Source: an uncultured Nitrospiraceae bacterium (GTDB lineage Bacteria; Nitrospirota; Thermodesulfovibrionia; Thermodesulfovibrionales; UBA6898). Taken from it: a DNA stretch of 64,000 bases. Positions 38,178-48,416 of the stretch are shown here, one piece after another. The position numbers and the translations under genes were made by a program. The DNA lies in assembly GCA_963811165.1 (NCBI GenBank), contig CAWEQH010000001.1, positions 352,001 through 416,000 on the forward strand. The letters are read 5' to 3'. The stretch's first letter is position 1; each line of letters starts with the position of its first letter. A model generated the notes under the pieces. The model did not search any database and had not been told where the DNA came from. It saw only the letters and a program-made list of their open reading frames with translations.

Positions 38178-41100
38178 TTATTTTGCCTTAAAGGTTGCCA
38201 TTGCTGACACATACTGCAAATTAGATGTTGTAGCAATTGTTCCACTTGGATATGTTCCTATCGCTGTTACTATTCTATCCAATGCTGCAAAATCTGAACC
38301 AGTATACCTTGATGTAAAACTACTACCTGCCCTGAATGAAGTCGTATTCCATTCCGAAAATGTTGTTACCAACAATTCATTAGCGGATGTTGTAGTAACA
38401 TTAGCAACAGTTTGAGCTGTACCAGTTCCTGATCCAATAGAAGACTTATCAAGCGGCGATGTTGTATCTACACCGGAATACTGCAATACTGCTATTCTTC
38501 TATAAGATACAGAACCTCCTGCAAATGTAGCAGTAAAAGTTGCGGATGCATTAGCTGTAGCATTGGCCTTATACCATATTTCCACATCACCACCACCGTT
38601 ACTTGTAGTAGCTGACTTTGTTACATAGGTAAATGAATTAATACCATCTGTAACGGATGAAACTGCTCTGGATGAACCATAGTCTGAAGATACCAAGGCG
38701 ATAAGGAAATTACCACCAGCCACGTTCATACCACCTGTAGGCGTTGCAATAGTTGTAGCTGCACTATTTGATGTACTACCTGTTGAATTGACAAAAGCAA
38801 TACCTGGGGGCGGCGGCACCACATAAGTGAAGCCGCCGGTGAACGTGCCGGTCCCATTGGCATTTGTCACGACTACGTCAGCAGGACCGACCGTGCCCGC
38901 AGGCGTCACCGCGCTGATGCTGGTGGTGCTGTTGATGACCACACCCGTTGCATTCCCTGTCCCTATCCTAACGGTGCTCCCTGCGATAAAGCCCGTGCCG
39001 GTAATCTGCACAGCCGTGCCTCCCCCTGTCGGCCCGCTCACCGGTAAAATCCCGGTGACCGTTGGAGGTGAGGAAACTATATAAGTGAAGCCGCCGGTGA
39101 ACGTGCCGGTCCCATTGGCATTTGTCACGACTACGTCAGCGGAACCGACAGTACCCGCAGGCGTCACCGCGCTGATGCTGGTGGTGCTGTTGATGACTAC
39201 ACCCGTTGCATTTCCAGCCCCTATCTTAACGGTGCTGCCCGAGATAAACCCTGTACCGGTGATCTGAACAGCCGTACCTCCCGCTGTCGAGCCGGTCGGA
39301 GGTGAAATGGTGGTGACTGTCGGGGCGAGGTGGCGTCACATAAGTGAAGCCGCCGGGGAGCGTGCCGGTCCCATTGGCATTTGTCACGACTACGTCAGCA
39401 GGACCGACCGTGCCCGCAGGGGTCACTGCGCTGATGCTGGTGGTGCTGTTGATGACTACACCCGTTGCATTCCAGCCCCTATCTTAACGGTGCTGCCCGA
39501 GATAAACCCTGTACCGGTGATCTGCACAGCCGTACCTCCCGCTGTCGGCCCGCTCACAGGTGAAATGCCGGTGACTGTCGGGGTAGGAAACGTATATAAG
39601 TGAAGCCGCCGGGGAGCGTGCCGGTCCCATTGGCATTTGTCACAACTACGTCAGCGGAACCAGCCGTACCGGCAGGTGTCACTGCGCTGATGCTGGTGGT
39701 GCTGTTGATGACTACACCCGTTGCATTCGCAGCCCCTATCTTAACGGTGCTGCCCGAGATAAACCCTGTACCGGTGATCACTACCGCCGTACCTCCCGCT
39801 GTCGAGCCGGTCGGAGGTGAAATGGTGGTGACTGTCGGGGCAGGTGGCGTTCCGCCTTTAAAGGTTGCCATTGCTGACACATACTGCAAATTAGATGTTG
39901 TAGCAATTGTTCCACTTGGATATGTTCCTATCGCTGTTACTATTCTATCCAATGCTGCAAAATCTGAACCAGTATACCTTGATGTAAAACTACTACCTGC
40001 CCTGAATGAAGTCGTATTCCATTCTGAAAATGTTGTTACCAACAATTCATTAGCGGATGTTGTAGTAACATTAGCAACAGTTTGAGCTGTACCAGTTCCT
40101 GATCCAATAGAAGACTTATCAAGCGGCGATGTTGTATCTACACCGGAATACTGCAATACTGCTATTCTTCTATAAGATACAGAACCTCCTGCAAATGTAG
40201 CAGTAAAAGTTGCGGATGCATTAGCTGTAGCATTGGCCTTATACCATATTTCCACATCACCACCACCGTTACTTGTAGTAGCTGACTTTGTTACATAGGT
40301 AAATGAATTAATACCATCTGTAACGGATGAAACTGCTCTGGATGAACCATAGTCTGAAGATACCAAGGCGATAAGGAAATTACCACCAGCCACGTTCATA
40401 CCACCTGTAGGCGTTGCAATAGTTGTAGCTGCACTATTTGATGTACTACCTGTTGAATTGACAAAAGCAATACCTGGGGGCGGCGGCATCACATAAGTGA
40501 AGCCGCCGGTGAACGTGCCGGTCCCATTGGCATTTGTCACGACTACGTCAGCAGGACCGACCGTGCCCGCAGGCGTCACCGCGCTGATGCTGGTGGTGCT
40601 GTTGATGACCACACCCGTTGCATTCCCTGTCCCTATCCTGACGGTGCTCCCTGCGATAAAGCCCGTGCCGGTAATCTGCACAGCCGTGCCTCCCCCTGTC
40701 GGCCCGCTCACCGGTAAAATCCCGGTGACCGTTGGAGGTGAGGAAACTATATAAGTGAAGCCGCCGGTGAACGTGCCGGTCCCATTGGCATTTGTCACGA
40801 CTACGTCAGCGGAACCGACAGTACCCGCAGGCGTCACCGCGCTGATGCTGGTGGTGCTGTTGATGACTACACCCGTTGCATTTCCAGCCCCTATCTTAAC
40901 GGTGCTGCCCGAGATAAACCCTGTACCGGTGATCTGAACAGCTGTACCTCCCGCTGTCGATCCGGTCGGAGGTGAAATGGTGGTGACTGTCGGGGCGGGT
41001 GGCGTCACATAAGTGAAGCCGCCGGGGAGCGTGCCGGTCCCATTGGCATTTGTCACAACTACGTCAGCAGGACCGACCGTGCCCGCAGGGGTCACTGCGC

Positions 41101-43864
41101 TGATGCTGGTGGTGCTGTTGATGACTACACCCGTTGCACTCGCAGCCCCTATCATGACGGTACTGCCCGAGATAAACCCTGTACCGGTGATCTGAACAGC
41201 TGTACCCCCCGCTGTCGATCCGCTTGCAGGCGAAATGCTGGTGACGGTCGGAGGACCCAGCGGCGTATAGAGGCGGTAGGTTTTTATCTGCTGTCCTACT
41301 ATGGATGAACTCAGGGTATTGCCTGCAAAGAGCTCATCTTGAATGTCGGTCTCGATATGGGATGTTTGCCTCGCGCTTGTCACGGACGGATCAGAAAACA
41401 ATAAGGTAAAATTGCGCGACGCCGGCGAGACATTCCAGACCCGTGCGATTACTCCCTGGTCAATCCCTTCTTCAGCGGGTTTTAATGCCCACAGGAATAC
41501 ATTCGGATCCGGGATACTCACAAGGGAAAAGCTCATTTCAGGATAGGCATTTCCCCCGGCCACCAAACCGGTCACAAAGGGGTTCTGGTGTTCCAAGGCA
41601 AAAAGCATTGACAAGGCCGGATCATAGGCATCGTGAGTCTTCAAGGCAAACCGCTGGAGAAAATGGGTATCGCCGCCCTGATTCGGCAATCCGTTTGTCC
41701 CGTTCACAACCCGGCCGCCGGCAAGGGCAGAAATTTGAGGCGTCGCGGTGTCAAGAGAGGTGACCGTGCTGTTACCCACCTTCATAAAGTCGATATCGGC
41801 ATTCGACAGCGTTATCCCCACATTACCGCTACTTACATCAGCGAAGTGGTTCAGGGTGAGCCAATCATACCGGACATTTCTCGTTCTCGATGAATAATTG
41901 CCTCCCTGGGTGTCTAAGCGTGCATGGGCAATCGCGCCGACCTCTTCGTGGTTCACGTCCGGTGAATCGATATTGAATCCGAATGCCCAGGTATTGGTGG
42001 AGCTGAAGTTCTGATTAATATCGTTGCGGATATCGATCCGGTCAGAATCGCGGATAAGGGTAATCCTTGAGGTGTGCACCAGGGGACCGCTTGAGGACGC
42101 CAGAAGCGTTACCGAAACCGGGCCTGCATTCTCTACCTGCAGAGTGCCGGAACCGACGCCTAAATCATTCATAGCCCGGCTATTGATGGTCCTCTCAAAT
42201 TCTCTGTTGCCGCGCTGTTTATCGATGAGGCTGGTAATCGCACCATCGGTAGCTACGGTTATTCTATAGAAATTATTTTCAATGACACTCCCTGAGACGG
42301 TAGCCGCATCAGCAAAGCCTGCCCCGAGGCCGGCTTGAATTTCAAAAACCTTGTAGCCGACTGATGGAATAGTGCCGGCGAGAATGCGCAGGCGTCGCTC
42401 ACCATCAACGGTCACAATCTGTGATGGAACTTCCTGGCCCGTCGAAATATCAACAACGTGAAAAGGATTTGTGTCTGCATAGGGTAAATCTGCAATGTCA
42501 CTGCGAATCCAGCTCAAGGGATTAAAGACAAAAAAACGGGTACTGGCCACGCTTTTTTGAATCATGCTCCCCAACGAATTAACAGCGTCGCTCTGAAGCG
42601 TGTTCACGTAGCTCGCGATTTCACTTGCAAGCCTTATCTGGAAGGCAACCCGCTGCGATTGCGGAACAGCGCCAAAAACGGACCCTAGGTTGTGCTCCCA
42701 ATAGAGTCCCAGATCCACAAAAGCCTGATCGCGCGCAGCAGTGCGACTGACCATGAAAGTAGGATCTCTCAGGCTGACCAAGGTTGCGAGAGCCTCGGCC
42801 CCTCTGAGTTTTTCAACGGATCGCTTAACTAGAGCCGACTGCTCGGCAATTGCCGCTGAGTAGAGCTCCCATTCATTCCCAAACCCGACAGACTGAACAG
42901 GGAGTGTGCTGCCGTAAGCCTGTTCGAAATCACGGAAGAAATCCTGCTCACTCGATACGATCACCTGCCGATTGGTGGTGGTCTTGGCAGGAGCGACGGT
43001 AATGAATTCGGTCGTCAAGGTTTCCAGACCGTCCCATCCCTTGCCGAAGGCGCCGATGATGGGATACGGGTAGCGCTGGATGAAGGCCGCGTTGGTGTCG
43101 ACGTAATCGATGACCCCTGGAGTGTCGTAAGCCTCCGCGTATCCACCCATGCCTTGATTGGTGCCGAGCATCGAATTCCATTTCACGATCACACTGCTGC
43201 CATCCGGCCCGACCCACCGGTAGATGTCATATAGGCGATCCCATGCATTTGGAATCTGAGTGTCGCAGCCGCAAATACCCTTCCAGCTGTACTTGGCGCC
43301 TGCCCCGGCCCACAGGGCCCCCACACCATAAGGCAAAGTCTGATTTTCCTGAGCGTCTGCTTCCTGAAATCTCAGGTTATATTTCCGCTCGATCCTCCCC
43401 GGGTAGTACATCCCCCGCAAGACCGCTTCGGCTGGCTGCCCCCCAAAGAGAACGGCAAGGGTATTTAAGGGAACACTGATATGCCCGTCTTTGATACGAT
43501 TGATAAGTCTTTGAAAGTCGGCGGCTGTTTTGTTCTTTTCATAGGTCCACATCCAGAAGCTGCCGTCAGTGTTCCAGCGGCCCTGATATTCCGGAGGTGA
43601 ACCGGCCGTGGCGTCAGCCTGGGTGAGGTAATAATCAAGCGTATCCAGGAACACCTGTTTGTAGGTTGCCTCATCGGCAGTCCACAGATAGTCGGTCATG
43701 TCATCAGGAGCAATATATATCCGCTTAGGCGCGGCGTGCGCCGAATCCCCCAGCGCGGACAGGAAGAGCAGCGAGGCCAGAAACAGATGGAGCGCAGCAG
43801 TGCATACACAAAGCGCACCGCTACGAAACGAGGACATCATAGTAAACATCTCCCTCCGTGTCAC
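38178..43864 (-). CDS. Giant secreted GH38-like glycoside hydrolase with 7 IPT/TIG repeats and 2 copies of a ~210-aa beta-rich domain (frameshifts at ~39.3-39.6 kb)
   Basis: Signal peptide ending AHA-AP; GH38-like N-terminal and C-terminal (ALKPAEEG..GVIARVWN) regions; PTVT.ISP..G...GGT.V.ITGTGF repeats; ORFs 39554-43864, 39226-39426 and 38178-39167 join. Confidence 0.8.
38188..41260. repeat. Near-identical intragenic duplication (offset ~1670 bp) with 258-bp IPT units
   Basis: Sequence from 38188 recurs from 39858; AAGTGAAGCCGCCGG recurs about every 258 bp. Confidence 0.9.
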
Positions 43865-44691
43865 AGGGTCTTTCTTCCCCTATAACGCACTTCGGTCGAC
43901 AATCCCAAAAAGAATGCCAGATATGTCGGAAATTTCTCCGGTATCCAGGCCGTCTTCATTCTGGAGACCTTCCGTTTTCCGTCCTATTCAGAGGGGCACT
44001 CCTTTATTGGATTCGCTCCCCTCCTTTTAATCCACTATTACACACAAAAAGCCTCATGTCAATGCGATCTAAGTTGTACGTCCTCCCTTCGGCACCATCC
44101 TTTTTTTGAATATCAATAAGTTATCTCGTTGGAATCGTCAAGAAAACCGTCAACAGACAGGAAGAGCAAAGACACCTAAATTTTGTTCTCCCCTGCCTTG
44201 CTCCATCTTCCCTCATGTCAGAGGAGGTTTGACGGAAGGGACAGTGCATGCCTTGAATTTTCCATAGCAGGAATTCCCTGTTCCCCTCCCACGCCTCGCT
44301 ATATTCCCGCTATACCATTTCTGGACACATAAGCTATACAGACCTGCTTGCCAGCCTTGAAAGTTGTTTGAAGGACATTTGAGTGGTTACCATTGCAAGT
44401 CACCTTCCCCAAGGGATGTGTAAGCAAATCAAAACCTTTGGAACTTTTCTCCATCCATGCTGATTGCCTGAATTCAGGAAGTGTGTTAAAAAAATGAGAA
44501 GAAAAGTTACATACACCACAGACTTTCCTACCACGCCAAGATAATAACGCTATCCATTCTGGAGATTAACTTAATGTAACCCCTTAGTTTCTAGAGTAAT
44601 TCAACCTGCCCGGCCATCTACGAGTTATCTTTGAACGGAGGCTTGTTCATTGGCATATATTTTGTAATAGATATTTCAGCGGTAAATAATG

Positions 44692-44834
44692 ATATGGACA
44701 TGTCAGACATGAGAGTGCTGGAATCTATCTTGATGGAGTCGCAACTCTATATGACCATGACCCATGAGGAGAGGATCGCTCTTTTGCTCAAATTGTTAGA
44801 GGATTACCCTTTTCTCGGAGATCCGCAAGACTAA
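44692..44834 (+). CDS. Small hypothetical protein
   Basis: MDMSDMRVLESILMESQLY... short ORF preceded by a sigma54-like TGGCAT-N5-TTGT. Confidence 0.4.
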
Positions 44835-45005
44835 TGTCCTTCCGCCATCGAGCGTGAATTAATGCCGAACTTCCCTCAGTGACCCTTTCGTATATGAATC
44901 AGCTTCATTAGAATGTGTTTGAGCATCCCCTTTTCCTTTGTCTCATAGAGTGTCGGATAAACGGTAAGCACCCTGTCTTTGGAGACGCCATATTTTTTTC
45001 GCGTC

Positions 45006-45518
45006 TTAGACATCAATCCCAAAATACTTCATCATATCCCCCAGGATCAAGGCATTCTGGACTTCCGTTTCAATGGAATGTTCTATAGCCCCATGCGTAA
45101 CAAGAAACTCATGTTCCTCTTCTGTGGAGATGTGAATTCCTAACTGTGGATTGGAGTCAAAATATTTGCGGATTTCATGAAGGGAAAAAGCCTGACTGAT
45201 CAGGAGGACAAATTTGACAAGTAGCCCCTCTGCTTCAATGACATTGGTTTTTTCATCCTTATAGGTTTCATCGAGATTGGTTGCAATCTCACTGTCTCTG
45301 AACTTTGCCACTCGTATGGGATTATAGTCGGGCCTCCTCCGTTCCTCATCAACAGTCCTCACGATCTTTCGGGCAGAATGAAGAATAGCGACGAGGTCAT
45401 AAAACTTCTCGCCGATGACGTAGCCCAAAGCCCTCTCGATACCGAAACGGTCTCGAATCCCTTCGGCAGTCTCCACCCATTCCTCCAGCTGTTTAGGATT
45501 GGCGAATATCTTGCTCAC
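45006..45518 (-). CDS. Hypothetical protein
   Basis: Long ORF containing IRDRFGIERALGYVIGEKF; start uncertain. Confidence 0.6.
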   Translation of the reverse strand: MSKIFANPKQLEEWVETAEGIRDRFGIERALGYVIGEKFYDLVAILHSARKIVRTVDEERRRPDYNPIRVAKFRDSEIATNLDETYKDEKTNVIEAEGLLVKFVLLISQAFSLHEIRKYFDSNPQLGIHISTEEEHEFLVTHGAIEHSIETEVQNALILGDMMKYFGIDV

Positions 45519-45772
45519 GAACCATAGTATACAAAATTTGCATTGAAGAAAAAGATTCACTTTCTTGGCCTGACCACTGAGAGGATCTTTTTCTAATTTT
45601 CAAGAAGTTTCGCTGCTTATTTTTTAGGCAATTTGGATAAGTTCCTTACCTATCTGGACGTATAGATTCTTCACCCAAACTTATTAACAATTATCTCCTT
45701 GGACTCGGACATTTTTTGAGATGCCTTTTTTACTATCTTGACTACAACAGGATAAAGTTGCTATAAAACTTC

Positions 45773-46153
45773 ATGGGCTTCATTAAACGCATGCTATTGT
45801 TACTGGTTCTCATTATTTTTCCTCTCGAACTGATGGCAGAAACAGCAGACTGGATTGAGGTGACCAAGAATGCCTCAGGCACGGCGATTTATTCCATAGA
45901 CGCTACAAGCATTCATTACGATGGTGATAGGGTAACGTTCTGGGATAAACGAGAATTGTCAGACGACCCCATCTTTAAGGAGATGAGAGGCTATAATGAA
46001 GTGGACTGTAAGGAAGAAAGGTATCGCACTCTTCGGATAACAGGATACGACAAGAATGGCAAGAGTGACACTGACAGTGATGAAGGGCAATGGCAACACA
46101 TTGAACCCAATACCGCTATGATTGCCTTTTATCGTTTCGTATGCAAGGAATAG
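45773..46153 (+). CDS. Exported protein, surface-adhesin E-like
   Basis: Signal peptide; W....YSID..SI, EVDC, WQHIEP.T...FVC pattern. Confidence 0.65.
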   Translation: MGFIKRMLLLLVLIIFPLELMAETADWIEVTKNASGTAIYSIDATSIHYDGDRVTFWDKRELSDDPIFKEMRGYNEVDCKEERYRTLRITGYDKNGKSDTDSDEGQWQHIEPNTAMIAFYRFVCKE

Positions 46154-46189
46154 TTGCTAAGTTTTGTGTCATGACCGCCTGAACATTTG

Positions 46190-46573
46190 ATGGCTTCTCC
46201 CTCAAAGAAGAAAAAATCTCAAAATCCCCTCCTGTGGGTCGTTGATTCCATCATGGAAGAGCCGAGCTATATTGATCGAGCATGGTTCGGGTGCCGTGCA
46301 ATTTATCTTCATGGGAGGCTCATGCTTGTCCTTTGTTCGGGAGGGGAGCCGTGGAACGGATTGCTGATTGCAACTGAACATGAGTTTCATGGAGCCATCC
46401 GTAAGGACTTCGAGAAAGTAGTTCAGCATCCTGTCCTGAAGAAGTGGCTGTACCTGCCGGAGAACTCAGAGGATTTTGAAACTGTGTCTTCGGAGATCGT
46501 GGAGGCGATCAGGATAGGAGATAAGAGGTTCGGGGTCGAGCCGAAGGAGAGGAAGAATAAGAAAGGGGCATGA
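46190..46573 (+). CDS. Hypothetical protein (TfoX_N-like)
   Basis: WFGCRAIYLHGRLMLVL...EPWNGLL...HPVLKKWLYLP. Confidence 0.65.
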   Translation: MASPSKKKKSQNPLLWVVDSIMEEPSYIDRAWFGCRAIYLHGRLMLVLCSGGEPWNGLLIATEHEFHGAIRKDFEKVVQHPVLKKWLYLPENSEDFETVSSEIVEAIRIGDKRFGVEPKERKNKKGA

Positions 46574-46603
46574 GGATAATCCATTGCCCTCTAGATGTTC
46601 AGA

Positions 46604-47020
46604 TTACTTCTTCTTTTGCTCCACCTTGCGATTGAATTTCTCAGTGTCAATAATAAACCTGTCGTGTGTTCCTTCCGATATCTTCTCAATGCCATCATCC
46701 GCTTCGATGCTGAAAGACAACTTTCGCCCTTCGATCTTGTCCAGCCTTCCCCTGACCGTTATAGTCAAGCCGGCAGGAGTTGCAGCAACATGGCTGAAAT
46801 TGACGTGGATGCCCACGGTTTGTTCCTGTGGATGATTTAGATGGGGGCTTGTTGCCTTGATACATGCCCATTCAAATAGCCCTACCATAAATCCCGTTGC
46901 AAAGACTTTGGGCATATCCTGAAACTCCTCGGATTCGGGGTAGAGGTTCGGCACTGTCTTATTTTCAGGGACCGTATATCTGAACTCGAACCTTAGACCT
47001 TCTTTTAATCCTTTCTTCAT
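46604..47020 (-). CDS. Hotdog thioesterase, fluoroacetyl-CoA thioesterase (FlK)-like
   Basis: VFATGFMVGLFEWAC, TVG....SHVAATP.G, GTHDRFII. Confidence 0.85.
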   Translation of the reverse strand: MKKGLKEGLRFEFRYTVPENKTVPNLYPESEEFQDMPKVFATGFMVGLFEWACIKATSPHLNHPQEQTVGIHVNFSHVAATPAGLTITVRGRLDKIEGRKLSFSIEADDGIEKISEGTHDRFIIDTEKFNRKVEQKKK

Positions 47021-47118
47021 ATTCGGCTCCCTGCTATCCGTATTTGACAGGATTATGCCATTTGATCTTTAATAAGTAAAATTAATTCTTATAATGATTA
47101 GAATTAGCTGGAGTGATC

Positions 47119-48006
47119 ATGGAATGGCAGCAGATCATCGGTTTCTATCAATTGGTGAAGCAGGGGAGCTTTACAAAGGCTGCTAACGTTTCCTACAGGA
47201 CTCAATCGGCTTTGAGTCAGCAAATAATGAAGCTCGAGAACGAGTTTCAATGCCAATTGATAAACCGCATCAGCAGAAAGAAGTTCGCCCTGACACCTGC
47301 CGGGGAGAAACTTTATAAATTCGCTGCATCGACAATAACTGAGTTTGAAAAGCTGTCAGACGATATTTCGGCTATCAGGGGACTGCCCATCGGCAAATTA
47401 AGTATCGCAGCACCATTTACTACTTTGTACCACTTGTTCCCGGAGAAGTTTAAAGCTTACTTGAAGGCATATCCCCATGTGGAACTTACCATACTTGACA
47501 GACCTCAGCGTCAGGCGATTGAATTACTGAAGGCAGGGGATATTGATATCGCCATTGCGCTGGAATCTCAAGTACCAAAGATATTGGACGTCAGAAAGTG
47601 GAAAGAGATTGAATCAGTCCTGATGGTTCCCTATAAACATCCGTTGCTTAGAGTGAAAAAAATAAAGCTGTCAGATATCGCAAAGTATCCTCTGATACTC
47701 CCTCCGAAGAGCTTGGACAGCAATAGCAGAAGCCTCATTGATGATAAATTGACAAGAGAGGGCATTGAATACAGGGTCATTATGGAATCGAGTAATGTGG
47801 AACTCAGTTCCCGCTATGTTGAGGCAGAGATCGGGATTGCCTTTGCCACCGTAGCAAAGGGGTTAAATCCCTTGAAGGGAAGACGACTCAAGTTTATTCC
47901 TATGACAGAGTTTTTTGAAAAGGACTATATTGCTGTGATTTGCAGGAAAGAGCGGAGTTTGCCTTCCTATGCAGAGGACTTCATATCAGAAGTTCTCCGC
48001 ACTTAA
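47119..48006 (+). CDS. LysR-family transcriptional regulator
   Basis: GSFTKAA...TQSALSQQI.KLE...LTPAG; divergent from the thioesterase. Confidence 0.92.
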   Translation: MEWQQIIGFYQLVKQGSFTKAANVSYRTQSALSQQIMKLENEFQCQLINRISRKKFALTPAGEKLYKFAASTITEFEKLSDDISAIRGLPIGKLSIAAPFTTLYHLFPEKFKAYLKAYPHVELTILDRPQRQAIELLKAGDIDIAIALESQVPKILDVRKWKEIESVLMVPYKHPLLRVKKIKLSDIAKYPLILPPKSLDSNSRSLIDDKLTREGIEYRVIMESSNVELSSRYVEAEIGIAFATVAKGLNPLKGRRLKFIPMTEFFEKDYIAVICRKERSLPSYAEDFISEVLRT

Positions 48007-48099
48007 GATTGCAGCCATGTATAAAGATTAATGGATCTAAATTCTTATAATCGGAACTACAAGTTGACAGGGAGCTTTCTAAATGCTATAAAAAAGTAT

Positions 48100-48286
48100 A
48101 CTTCAGGTGCCGCAAGGCATAAAAGGGAATCCCGTGAGGGTCATCAGATCCGAGCCGGGAGCGGTCCCGCCGCTGTAATCCCGATTCCGGAGGATTTCCG
48201 GAATAAACGTCTCTGCCTGTAATGGCCACTGTTTTTCGGACGGGAAGGCCGGCAGAGATCGGGAGAGCCAGAAGACCTGCCTGAAA
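48100..48286 (+). ncRNA. Cobalamin riboswitch
   Basis: AGGTGC...AAAAGGGAA, GCCGCTGTAA, GCCACTG...GGGAAGG, B12-box AGCCAGAAGACCTGCC. Confidence 0.95.
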
Positions 48287-48353
48287 GATGGTCCGCATGC
48301 ACGTATGCGGACACCTCCCGTGGAGGAGCGAGGATGAAGTAAACCAGGGTGCA

Positions 48354-48394
48354 ATCCTCAGGTCCCTTTTTTAAGGGATGTGAGGATTTTTTTT
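48354..48394 (+). terminator. Riboswitch expression-platform terminator
   Basis: AATCCTCA..TCCCTT...AAGGGA..TGAGGATT followed by a long T tract, upstream of the first RBS. Confidence 0.8.
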
Positions 48395-48416
48395 GTGGTG
48401 ATAAAGGAGGTTACGG

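Larger units (their letters stand above)
37943..44123. mobile_element. tRNA-Leu-anchored genomic islet (no integrase)
   Basis: CCTTCGGCACCATC at 37943-37956 repeated at 44086-44099; both copies followed by TCAATAAGTTA (37971, 44113). Confidence 0.7.

Noticed and set aside
38820..41260. CRISPR array or plus-strand repeated ORFs (MKPP...)
   Set aside because: 258-bp coding IPT/TIG units on the minus strand with no unique spacers; the plus-strand ORFs are antisense shadows. No CRISPR array or cas gene seen in the window.
44086..44099. Third tRNA gene
   Set aside because: Only the 3' end is present; interpreted as an att-like duplication.
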